Assembly: GCA_001770205.1 (NCBI GenBank)
Contig: MEQL01000044.1
Span: 62,001-94,357 of the forward strand
Origin: Bdellovibrionales bacterium RIFOXYD12_FULL_39_22
GTDB lineage: Bacteria; Bdellovibrionota; Bacteriovoracia; Bacteriovoracales; Bacteriovoracaceae
Direction of reading: 5' to 3'
DNA: 32,357 bases
Each line of letters begins with the position of its first letter. The first letter of the stretch is position 1. The notes under the pieces are model-generated. The model was not told the DNA's origin, did not search any database, and saw only the letters and a list, made by a program, of their open reading frames with translations. Made by a program: the position numbers and the translations under genes. Below are positions 9,069 through 17,826 of this stretch, piece after piece.

Positions 9069-10283
9069 TTAAAAGGCAAATCCAATTTTTAGTTCTGCGC
9101 CGCCTGATAAGATAGTTGTTTTGGCATCTTCCACTCGTCCAGAGTCGGGATCAAAACCAAGTCCATAGGCGGCCATCTCGCCAGAGAGATATCCGGCCAG
9201 CAGTAATCCGCTTTGATAACGATAGACTCCGCCCAAGTATCCACTGGCCGCATAAATGGCCGTGGGTTTATAGGTAGCGCTGCCGGCCATGGTGTATCGA
9301 TAGAGTGCTAAAAAATCAAAGTAGAATGGATTTTGGTAGTTAATATGGGCGTGTATGCCAGCGTCAGCGTTGGTAATGGATAAATCATCGACCACCACAG
9401 TGATAAGATTTTTTGGATACATTATAGGAATAGTAGACATATCTGCCCCTAAAACGAGCGAGAAGTCAAAAAGTTGGCCAAAAAGATGAGTGTTAGAGAA
9501 TGCTTCGGGAGAGATGGTGATAAGTCCCAAGATATTGGAAATGGTATAGCTCTTTTCTCCGATTAGTGTCTGCGTTTCTTCTAGTGCAGGATAGGTTCCT
9601 CCCACTTGAAAATAAGCAAACTCTAATCCTATTAGGCGAGTAATAGGGAGGTGCGCATTTACGGCGATATCTGGAATTCCCACATTATTATATCCAATAT
9701 CTGCACCACCTAAGGTGGAGGAAAAAGTTAAGAGTGCTACGTTGATTCCTCCACCCAAGAGGAGCTCATATTTTTTTGCTCCGGACTGTTTTGTGTTTTG
9801 ATCTGGTGTGCTGGGGGCCGCAATTGGTTGTGAACGGGATGTAGGTAAAGGCCCGTCAGCAAGGGTGTGGGATATTTTGATACTATTGTCTGTGGATACC
9901 GCCACTTGAATTTTATAGGTGGAAGTAACTTTATCTTTTTGAAGGCGCAGCATGAATAGATAGTTGCCGGGATTTAGATAAGCATAAATCTTAAACTCGC
10001 CGTTGCTATCACTAATTTGTCTGTTTTCTTTTTTTACAAAAAATTGAGCAGGGCCCAAAGCTTGCTTGCCTGTGCCAGAAGAAAAAATTACTTTGCTTCC
10101 TTGGGTGAGTTGCGCTCCGGGGGTTGTTTTTCCGACTAATCTGGCAATGAATTTTCCCTTAGACATGACCCCTTTAGGTCCGGACCATTGCAAGGGGAGA
10201 GATTGTTGCCCATACGCGCACATCTGAAAAAAAAGCACAACTGCTAGTAGAAAAAAAATATGCGTGCGAATGAAATATCGCAA
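9069..10283 (-). CDS. Putative outer-membrane protein: N-terminal beta-sandwich, P/S/T linker, C-terminal beta-barrel
   Basis: Signal peptide ending AYG; alternating amphipathic strands; C-terminus ELKIGFAF (terminal Phe, BAM-type signal); collinear with 19078..20286. Confidence 0.65.
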   Translation of the reverse strand: MRYFIRTHIFFLLAVVLFFQMCAYGQQSLPLQWSGPKGVMSKGKFIARLVGKTTPGAQLTQGSKVIFSSGTGKQALGPAQFFVKKENRQISDSNGEFKIYAYLNPGNYLFMLRLQKDKVTSTYKIQVAVSTDNSIKISHTLADGPLPTSRSQPIAAPSTPDQNTKQSGAKKYELLLGGGINVALLTFSSTLGGADIGYNNVGIPDIAVNAHLPITRLIGLEFAYFQVGGTYPALEETQTLIGEKSYTISNILGLITISPEAFSNTHLFGQLFDFSLVLGADMSTIPIMYPKNLITVVVDDLSITNADAGIHAHINYQNPFYFDFLALYRYTMAGSATYKPTAIYAASGYLGGVYRYQSGLLLAGYLSGEMAAYGLGFDPDSGRVEDAKTTILSGGAELKIGFAF

Positions 10284-10296
10284 TTAATCACCGATC

Positions 10297-10878
10297 CTAT
10301 TGATGACAGTCGTTGCATTTTACTGGTGCTGCCTCATTGCCGGATGCTTTGTGGCAAGTGATACAAATGCGATGCGCCTCGGTGCGCAAAGAGATTACAT
10401 CATCAAAGCGCTTTTGGAAAAGTTGCTCATTGCTTCCTGTCGGATTGGTGCTAAGTGAATTGTTGTGACAACTCGTGCACACGCCATTAGAAAGGTATGA
10501 AGTGGCCGCAATATGCATTTCGTGGTTAAAGTGCACTTCACCTTTGGTGTTATTGAAAACAAAATACTCCGGGTAATCGGCCTGAGAACCAGGGAATGAT
10601 TTGTTTTTTATTTCATCAATATTTTTCTTCCCATCGTTGTCAGAGTCTAATTGCTCCAGTGATTTTAGATTGATTTCACCATTAACCTTTTTATCGCGCA
10701 TCATCAGTCCGTAGGTATTTAAAAAATCTTTAACTACCGGCATATGGCAAGTGGTACAAGAATTAAGTTTTGTGTTTTTTAGAAAAGGGTATTCTGCGAT
10801 CATATAGGTATTTAAACTAGGAGTCGCAAACAAAATAGAAGTAGTAAGTAGGCCAGTGACTAAAATAATATTTTTCAT
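10297..10878 (-). CDS. Exported tetraheme cytochrome c (monoheme/DSDxDG domain plus c7/PpcA-like triheme domain), copy 2
   Basis: Four CxxCH: CTTCH, CTSCH, CITCH, CNDCH; FNHEMH and AH distal-His motifs; signal peptide ending LFA. AAGGAG spacing and the paralog favour ATG 10878 over 10887. Confidence 0.88.
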   Translation of the reverse strand: MKNIILVTGLLTTSILFATPSLNTYMIAEYPFLKNTKLNSCTTCHMPVVKDFLNTYGLMMRDKKVNGEINLKSLEQLDSDNDGKKNIDEIKNKSFPGSQADYPEYFVFNNTKGEVHFNHEMHIAATSYLSNGVCTSCHNNSLSTNPTGSNEQLFQKRFDDVISLRTEAHRICITCHKASGNEAAPVKCNDCHQ

Positions 10879-10905
10879 AGGGATCATTCTCCTTTTGCTA
10901 TGTAA

Positions 10906-11463
10906 TTATTGGTGACAGCCGCCACATTGTACTGGAGCGTTGGCACTTCCTGATTCTCGATGACATCTCCAGCAAAGACGGTGGCCTTCGGAGCGTAAAG
11001 AAATATTGTCATCAAAGCGTTTTAAAAATAGATCAGTTGCTTTATTGTTAGGAGCATCGTGGCAGTTATCGCAATTTCCACTTGACAGATAAGAGGGGGC
11101 GGCAACATGCATTTCGTGATTGAAATCAATATTTCCCTTCTTGTTGGTAAAGATGAAATATTCAGGATAGGTTGCATGAGAGCCGGGGAAGGCCTTATCA
11201 TTAAGCTCATCAATATTCTTTTTGGTATCTAGGTCTGAGTCAGCATCTTCAACGGCCTTAAAATCCATTTTGCTGGCGCGCAAAGAGAGTCCGTAGGAGT
11301 TAAGAGAATCTTTTACAACCGGCATATGGCAGGTGGTACAGGCATGCAGTTTACTATTTCGCAGAAAGGGATACTCGGCGATAAAAAGGGTTGTTAAGCT
11401 GGGGGTAGCAAATAATAAGGTGATGGTAAAAAGCTGAGAGAGTAAAATGATTATATATTTCAT
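10906..11463 (-). CDS. Exported tetraheme cytochrome c (monoheme/DSDxD domain plus c7/PpcA-like triheme domain), copy 1
   Basis: Four CxxCH: CTTCH, CDNCH, CWRCH, CGGCH; FNHEMH and GH motifs; AAGGAGG RBS; signal peptide ending LFA. Confidence 0.88.
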   Translation of the reverse strand: MKYIIILLSQLFTITLLFATPSLTTLFIAEYPFLRNSKLHACTTCHMPVVKDSLNSYGLSLRASKMDFKAVEDADSDLDTKKNIDELNDKAFPGSHATYPEYFIFTNKKGNIDFNHEMHVAAPSYLSSGNCDNCHDAPNNKATDLFLKRFDDNISLRSEGHRLCWRCHRESGSANAPVQCGGCHQ

Positions 11464-11559
11464 ACGATTCCTCCTTCGTTCTACTTACTAAAAATATAAT
11501 ACGGACGAAATGGTAATGGCCACTGTTTTCTCTATACTTTTTACGCTATAATCAATGCC

Positions 11560-12036
11560 ATGTTTTTGGACAATAGAGTAATTTTTTATATCATCATTTT
11601 GCATTCCTTGTTGCTGGGCAACGAGGCCTTGGGTGCCGATAAGCTTAAAAGTGCTAGCACTGATTTTTCTATCGAAAGTAGTGATAGTGTTGATTTTTTA
11701 GCAAATGAGTTAGAGTTAGAAGAGCGTATGCCAACCCCGATACCAGGAAAGGAGCGATTGCCGAAGAAGATTGTCCCTGTTAGGCCAAAGAGCAGCGGAA
11801 CGGCCATTGCTAGTGTAGCTGCTTTGAAACCAACGGTAAGCACAATAATAGTTGCCACCCCACGCCCACTTGCTACTGCTACCTCCACGCCGCCGCCTCT
11901 TTTGACTGCTACTCCTGCACCGACAACTGGGCCGTGGTGGAATAAAATGGTTGATAATTACAAAAAAGTAAAAGGTGCGGCGTTAGAAGTTACCCATGAA
12001 GTTACTGATTTTATAAAGCAAAAGCTTGGACGCTAA
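11560..12036 (+). CDS. Hypothetical exported protein with Pro/Thr-rich linker and C-terminal amphipathic helix
   Basis: Hydrophobic N-terminus; TPRPLATATSTPPPLLTATPAPTT; closely followed by the thioredoxin gene. Confidence 0.65.
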   Translation: MFLDNRVIFYIIILHSLLLGNEALGADKLKSASTDFSIESSDSVDFLANELELEERMPTPIPGKERLPKKIVPVRPKSSGTAIASVAALKPTVSTIIVATPRPLATATSTPPPLLTATPAPTTGPWWNKMVDNYKKVKGAALEVTHEVTDFIKQKLGR

Positions 12037-12050
12037 AAATGGAGGCAGCA

Positions 12051-12554
12051 GTGAACGCTAAACGAATGATAAACTCTTTGCTTTATCTAATGATTGCCGT
12101 ACTGGTGGTTAGAAATGGATTGATTTTTTTTGGTAATAGTGAACTAGAAGGCCAGCGATTAGAGGATCTGATTTTAAATCAAGTTGGTGGCGAAGGAATG
12201 GGAAGGAGGTTATATAGCTTTAAACCTCCTATCGCTATTTTTTTTTGGAGCTTATCTTGTCCGCCTTGTCTGTTTGAGTTAGGACGAATTCAAAGTGCAA
12301 TTAACAACGAAGAGGTCAATCCGCAGAGTATTCTAGCTGTTAATGTCTCCGATTCTCCAGAGACAATCGCTTTGCAAATGGCCAAGCGCAAATGGAATTT
12401 TCCTGTCTTTATAGATTCGTCCAACGGCCTTTCAAAGCAGCTAAAAGTGCAAGCAACTCCTACGGTGGCATATATTGATAGCGAGTTTAAAGTTTCCACC
12501 GTTAATACGGGAGTTAGTCCTTTGCTAATTAATCGATTGTCTAAGATGAAGTAA
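12051..12554 (+). CDS. TlpA/ResA-like membrane-anchored thiol-disulfide oxidoreductase
   Basis: N-terminal TM; FWSLSCPPC active site; cis-Pro motif VQATPT; GGAGG RBS favours GTG 12051 (ATG 12039 is the alternative). Confidence 0.85.
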   Translation: MNAKRMINSLLYLMIAVLVVRNGLIFFGNSELEGQRLEDLILNQVGGEGMGRRLYSFKPPIAIFFWSLSCPPCLFELGRIQSAINNEEVNPQSILAVNVSDSPETIALQMAKRKWNFPVFIDSSNGLSKQLKVQATPTVAYIDSEFKVSTVNTGVSPLLINRLSKMK

Positions 12555-12562
12555 GTGGATCA

Positions 12563-13822
12563 TTATAAAAGTTCAAATCCTCTCATGAAGGCAAGGTATT
12601 CTTTGACGATTGTAGTAGGGCGAGGATTTTCGGAAGTTTTTAAGTGGCAACTGCCGCCTTGAGGGCCATCTCCCCAAAACTTCTTTTTGCAAACAACGGT
12701 GGCATTACACCCTCGAAAGTCGCATTCTAAGGCGTTGCCGGGAATTTGTTTGTAGATAAAATCTTCGCGTGTCACTGCTGATTTGATTCCTTCTACGCAT
12801 TGGGTAAAATAACTATCTTCTGCACCAGTGGAGCATAGCCAATCAAAGACAACGCGCTCAAAATCTTCGCGGTTTGGCCGCTCTTCTAACGCAACGACCG
12901 AAGAAAAGGAGAGAAGGGATGTGGCCATCGATTTTTCACAGGAATCATCTTTATCATCAAAGTTACAGAAAAATTTATAAAAACTAAGGCCTCCTTCTCG
13001 AAAGGTTCCCCAGTATGCCGAATAGTGATTGCGAGATGGCTTCATACGCCAACAGAGGCCTAGGGCACAATCTTCGGGACTTAAAAAAGATCCCATATTA
13101 GTTGAAGTGCGCAAGCTTGGACGAAGATCGCCTTCTTTGTACCACATACCATCAGATTGATATCTTTCAAAAAGAGAGCTGCTTAGAGCTCCGGCCACTG
13201 GAATTTCCCAAATAGCAGAAAGTAGCGGGGCAATATTAAATCCAGAATTACAGCTACTGATGGTGGCATAGGCCCCTTTCATTAGGTTAGGTTTTATTTC
13301 GGAAAGGAGTCCTTTTGCCGTGGGATCAAGATTGGCATCCATTTTTCCCAATTTAAAAACCCATGGGGAGGCGTGGCCAAAAAAATCAATACTAGCAATT
13401 TGGGAAAAAAGTTTTAATTCGCTAATAAAAAGTCTATCAGTAAAAGTTTTATCTTTATAGCTTACTACGCGGACGGAGGAAAAAGCGGCAAAGACTGTCT
13501 CATCATCAGTTTTTCTTACTTCCGGGGAACTCATTATAATAACCTGATGATCAGGCCAAAGTTCGCTGTAGCGTTGAGCTCGTGCTAGTCCTGATTGGAA
13601 AAATTGATCGGAGTCTTTATCTAGCGCAGAACCAATGACAATAACGTGAGTAATCTTGGAGGTATCAAGGATCAAAGATTTAAAGAGGCCCATGCGGTAT
13701 TCTCCGCTATATAATATAGATTTATTATTTGGGTCGACCTCATATTCTTGGTCAAAAAATTCTTGGGCAAAACTTGAAGAAGAGATACTAAGAAGAAGGA
13801 TCATTAGAAGAAGTTGTTTCAT
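12563..13822 (-). CDS. Secreted cysteine-rich hypothetical protein, possible clan CD (His-Cys) peptidase fold
   Basis: Signal peptide ending SFA; IDFFGHA and TISSCNSG motifs; many C-terminal Cys; GGAG RBS. Confidence 0.6.
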   Translation of the reverse strand: MKQLLLMILLLSISSSSFAQEFFDQEYEVDPNNKSILYSGEYRMGLFKSLILDTSKITHVIVIGSALDKDSDQFFQSGLARAQRYSELWPDHQVIIMSSPEVRKTDDETVFAAFSSVRVVSYKDKTFTDRLFISELKLFSQIASIDFFGHASPWVFKLGKMDANLDPTAKGLLSEIKPNLMKGAYATISSCNSGFNIAPLLSAIWEIPVAGALSSSLFERYQSDGMWYKEGDLRPSLRTSTNMGSFLSPEDCALGLCWRMKPSRNHYSAYWGTFREGGLSFYKFFCNFDDKDDSCEKSMATSLLSFSSVVALEERPNREDFERVVFDWLCSTGAEDSYFTQCVEGIKSAVTREDFIYKQIPGNALECDFRGCNATVVCKKKFWGDGPQGGSCHLKTSENPRPTTIVKEYLAFMRGFELL

Positions 13823-13994
13823 AAGATAACTCCATTTTTTTTCAGGCCGCTAGCAATAATTTGGACGCAGGTTGTTTTAGCAAAATGGCCTTTTTTTTCA
13901 ACTAAATATCAGTGGACATGTAAAGATTTCACCATGTACTCTGGTATCGTATTTGCATTTTTACAATAAGATGATGGGCAGGAGTTGTTTTTTT

Positions 13995-15353
13995 ATGAAA
14001 GATTTGACCGTTGGTAGTGAGATGAAATCTATCTTCTTTTTTGCTCTGCCTATGTTGATAGGTAATATCTTCCAACAGCTTTATAGCGTCGTAGATAGCA
14101 TAATTGTTGGAAATTTTTTGGGAACATCAGCTCTGGCGGCCGTTGGAGTGAGTTTTCCTATTTTTTTCTTACTAATTGCTCTGGCCAATGGATTGACTAT
14201 GGGATCTTCCATTTTGGTGGCAAAAAGCTATGGAGCGAAGGACCTTGTACTGGTTCGAAAAACAGCAGATACCGCGTATATCGTTTTGTTTTTAGCGGCC
14301 ATCATTATGTCTACGTTAGGACTTGTAATATCAGGGTGGGCCTTGAAATTTATGCATACTCCAATAGAGGTTTTTGAACAGGCAAAAATTTTTCTAGATA
14401 TTGCGTTGGGTGGATTAATTTTTACCTTCGGATTTAATGGAGTGGCGGCAATTTTAAGAGGTGTTGGTAATTCAAAAACGCCACTTTATTTTTTAGTGAT
14501 AGGAAGTTTAATCAATATTGCTTTGGTGGCCCTTTTTGTTTTAGTTTTTCATTGGGGAGTGGCCGGATCTTCCCTTGCTTCGGTGATCGCGCAGGCCATC
14601 TCTCTTGCCGTAGGACTTATTTATCTTCACCAACGCAATGAACATTTACGTTTGCGACTTTCAGGAATTATTTTTGACTGGAAAATTTTTAAAGAGATGT
14701 TGAAACTGGGTATTCCTTCGGGAGTGCAGATGATGTTAGTGGCGCTGGGAATGTTGGCCATAAATAAATTAGTTAACAGTTATGGTACCAATACGGTAGC
14801 GGCATTCACTATTGGTAATCGCATTGATATGTTTTCATTGCTTCCGGCCATGAATTTATCTATGGCAATCTCTGTTTTCGTTGGACAAAACATTGGAGCA
14901 AAAAAACTCGAGCGGGTAAAAAAGGGATATCTTTCCACCGTGGGGATGTCTGTTCTTGTCTCTTTTTTTATAACGTTTGTTATTTGGCTCGGAGGTAAAC
15001 ATTTACTGGCACTTTTTACTGATGATGTAGCTGTTATTCAAACGGGGTATCAATATCTAGCAACCATCAGCCTTTTTTATTGGGCCTTTTCCATTATGTT
15101 TATTACCAGTGGAGTTATTCGAGGAGCGGGAGATGCTATGGTGCCCATGATTATTACGGTACTTTCTCTTTGGGGGGTTCGAGTTCCAATGGCACATTTT
15201 TTATCTGCCCACTACGGAGAAAATGGAATATGGTGGAGTTCTCCTGTTGCTTGGCTTGTTGGAATGGCCCTTTCCTTGTTGTATTTTTATAGTGGGAGAT
15301 GGAAGCGGGCCCACACGCAAGCGCTTGCGGAGATTGATGCCATCACAGATTAA
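13995..15353 (+). CDS. MATE family efflux transporter
   Basis: MKDLTVG...FALPMLIGNIFQQLYSVVDSIIVG, LRGVGNSKTPL, GQNIGAK, IRGAGD; about 12 TM. AGGAG RBS favours ATG 13995. Confidence 0.95.
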   Translation: MKDLTVGSEMKSIFFFALPMLIGNIFQQLYSVVDSIIVGNFLGTSALAAVGVSFPIFFLLIALANGLTMGSSILVAKSYGAKDLVLVRKTADTAYIVLFLAAIIMSTLGLVISGWALKFMHTPIEVFEQAKIFLDIALGGLIFTFGFNGVAAILRGVGNSKTPLYFLVIGSLINIALVALFVLVFHWGVAGSSLASVIAQAISLAVGLIYLHQRNEHLRLRLSGIIFDWKIFKEMLKLGIPSGVQMMLVALGMLAINKLVNSYGTNTVAAFTIGNRIDMFSLLPAMNLSMAISVFVGQNIGAKKLERVKKGYLSTVGMSVLVSFFITFVIWLGGKHLLALFTDDVAVIQTGYQYLATISLFYWAFSIMFITSGVIRGAGDAMVPMIITVLSLWGVRVPMAHFLSAHYGENGIWWSSPVAWLVGMALSLLYFYSGRWKRAHTQALAEIDAITD

Positions 15354-16485
15354 GTTCGTAGCGAATGAGTTTACTCAATGATTCGGCCAATTCGTAATAA
15401 AAAACAGTCTGAGGATAGATTTCATCGCTAAAAAGAGTATTAAATCCTAATTGTTTTTGCACAATCTCATGAAAATCTGCCATCAAAAGTCCTCTTCGTT
15501 GGGCAACTTTTTTTTCGATTAGATTAAAAACATAACTGCTTCTGCTGCTGTCACAATCAAAAGCAGATGCACGGGCCAGTAGTGGCCGTGCGGTAGCTTT
15601 TTCTCCCATTTTTAACTTGGCCAATCCATCCAAATAAAATTGGGTAGCGTTAGCGAAGCATAATTTAGAGGTCTGGGACAAAATTGCTAGAGCATCTTTG
15701 ATCCTATTTTCTTCGATGGCCAAGGACGCATCATTGTGCTGCTTGGCAATATAGCTATTGGTGGAGTTTGAACAATTCTTTTTTGGGGCCATCTCTAAAT
15801 TAATCGGTGGAGTAACAATGATTAGTTTGGATTTTTTTTGCTTAACTAATTCGGCCAGTTCTTCTAATTCATGTTCAAAAAAAAGATGGCCTACTTCAAA
15901 AATTTTTTGCTGAAGGGCCGCGGGATAAGGAGTTTGATTTTGCACAATCTCCTGTGATGAAAGAGAAATGTAAGAGGTTTGAAAGTAAAATAATTTTGCC
16001 AAGACAGGATAGAGTAGTAGTAATGTTGAGAGGTAGTCATTTTTATAAAGACGAAGATTCCAACTAATAGAATTATACTCATCAATATAAAATTTACGCT
16101 CGTAGAACTCTTCACTGGCACCCATGTAAATAGTGAGAGGAGGTAGCCGATCGAGGGATTTTATTTTTGCCAGGGTTCGGTGTAGGCCTTCATGCTCAGC
16201 GGAAAGATTGTAAATAGAGAGAGGTTTTTTGAGATTAATGGAGGACTTTTCGTTTAGTAGTTTTAGGTAGGAATTGAAACGCACCCCCATACGATCACCA
16301 ATAATAAGTAGGTCAGAATTTTTGATGGCATCGTTATCTAAAGCATAAGGTGTTATAAAGTAAGTATAGGGAACAGTCATTGAAGGAATAGAGATGGCCC
16401 GATAGATCAAAATGCCCACAATGATGGCCGAAATAATTTTTCCTACTTGATAGGTTATTTTTTTATTACTTTTTTTCATATACAC
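15343..16485 (-). CDS. Membrane-anchored SGNH-hydrolase-like protein with TPR-like insertion; catalytic residues apparently absent
   Basis: N-terminal TM; block I-like IIGDRMG; LIIVTPPINL; TPR-like helices; block V-like FSDEIYP. Overlaps the MATE 3' end by 11 nt. Confidence 0.6.
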   Translation of the reverse strand: MYMKKSNKKITYQVGKIISAIIVGILIYRAISIPSMTVPYTYFITPYALDNDAIKNSDLLIIGDRMGVRFNSYLKLLNEKSSINLKKPLSIYNLSAEHEGLHRTLAKIKSLDRLPPLTIYMGASEEFYERKFYIDEYNSISWNLRLYKNDYLSTLLLLYPVLAKLFYFQTSYISLSSQEIVQNQTPYPAALQQKIFEVGHLFFEHELEELAELVKQKKSKLIIVTPPINLEMAPKKNCSNSTNSYIAKQHNDASLAIEENRIKDALAILSQTSKLCFANATQFYLDGLAKLKMGEKATARPLLARASAFDCDSSRSSYVFNLIEKKVAQRRGLLMADFHEIVQKQLGFNTLFSDEIYPQTVFYYELAESLSKLIRYELNL

Positions 16486-16519
16486 TCGGGCCTGGATTCA
16501 CATCGAGATATACTTATTG

Positions 16520-16546
16520 TATACCGATTAGAAATAAATCGGTATA
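16520..16546. promoter_or_regulatory. Perfect 10-bp inverted repeat in a divergent promoter region (candidate operator or hairpin)
   Basis: TATACCGATT-agaaata-AATCGGTATA. Confidence 0.5.
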
Positions 16547-16565
16547 GGAAAGCAGAGAATATTTT

Positions 16566-17744
16566 ATGGAACTATTGGCCCCGGGGGGAAGTTTAGAAAA
16601 ACTAAAGACAGCTGTTTTGTATGGTGCAAATGCTGTTTATGTTGGTGGTGAACGCTTTGGCCTCCGAGCGGCCGCCGATAATTTTTCAGAGATTGAACTA
16701 AAAGATGGAGTGGATTTTGCGCATAAGCATGGTGCCTTAGTTTATTTAACTCTTAATAGTTTTTTATATGGAGAAGAGATTCAGCAATTGCGAGATTATT
16801 TACCAACCTTAGAAAACATAGGCGTTGATGGAGCAATTGTCTCGGATATTGGAGTATTTGAGGTGGTGGCCTCCTTATCTTCTCTGCCCATTCATGTATC
16901 AACCCAGGCCTCTACTATAAATTTGCCACATGTTGAATTTTGGAAGCGTCAGGGTGCTCGGCGAGTGATTTTGGGGAGAGAGGTTTCCATGGCCGCCGCA
17001 ATTGAGATGAGAAAAGAGGCCAAGATTGAGATTGAGCTTTTTATTCACGGTTCCATGTGCATTGCTTATTCCGGAAATTGTATTATCTCCAATTTTACTT
17101 CTGGCCGTGATAGTAATCGCGGCGGTTGTGCACACAGTTGTCGTTTTTTATATGAGCTATCTTTTCCAGAAAATGGAAAAAAAGAGAAAAGTTATTTTAT
17201 GAGTTCCAAAGATTTATGGGGGATTGCGCAGGTCAAGGCGGCCATAGAAGGAGGAATTGATTCTTTAAAAATTGAGGGGCGGATGAAGAGCAATCTCTAT
17301 GTGGCCTCTACAACCAAACTTTATTCCCAATTAGTTAAGGACATTTTGTCCGGTAAGCTTGAGGGCGATGATATCCTGATAAAATATCAAAACGAGTTTT
17401 TGAAAATTCCCAATCGTCATTATTGCGATGGAAATCTTTCACAATATGCTGGAATGGATTCAATTTATAACGATCGCGAAAATGAAATTAAAGAGTACGA
17501 TTTTGTAGGTGTAGTGCTAGAAGCAGATCAGAGCGATTTTATGTTAGTCGAAGTTAGGAGAACTTTTTACGAGGGAGATATGCTTGAGCTTATAACGTTT
17601 GAAGGGGAAGATATTACGTTTAAGGCCCTCCATATTCTAGATGTTCGTGGCAATCGACAGCTAAAAAGTCGGCCAGGGACACTTATAAAAATGCAAAAAA
17701 TTTCACAGGCGGCCAAGTGGAATTTGTTACGGGCAAAAATTTAA
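16566..17744 (+). CDS. Peptidase U32 family Fe-S protein (TrhP/YrrO-like tRNA hydroxylation protein)
   Basis: MELLAPGG, GANAVYVGG, IHVSTQA, HGSMC-x6-C-x15-C-x3-C cluster motif, MSSKDL, SLKIEGRMKS, plus U32 C-terminal domain. Confidence 0.92.
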   Translation: MELLAPGGSLEKLKTAVLYGANAVYVGGERFGLRAAADNFSEIELKDGVDFAHKHGALVYLTLNSFLYGEEIQQLRDYLPTLENIGVDGAIVSDIGVFEVVASLSSLPIHVSTQASTINLPHVEFWKRQGARRVILGREVSMAAAIEMRKEAKIEIELFIHGSMCIAYSGNCIISNFTSGRDSNRGGCAHSCRFLYELSFPENGKKEKSYFMSSKDLWGIAQVKAAIEGGIDSLKIEGRMKSNLYVASTTKLYSQLVKDILSGKLEGDDILIKYQNEFLKIPNRHYCDGNLSQYAGMDSIYNDRENEIKEYDFVGVVLEADQSDFMLVEVRRTFYEGDMLELITFEGEDITFKALHILDVRGNRQLKSRPGTLIKMQKISQAAKWNLLRAKI

Positions 17745-17826
17745 GCATAAAAAGATCCCTATTGTTTTTGCCCAGATCTTAATATACCATGCAAAAATAA
17801 ACTGCTTTAATAATGGAGCAAAAAAA

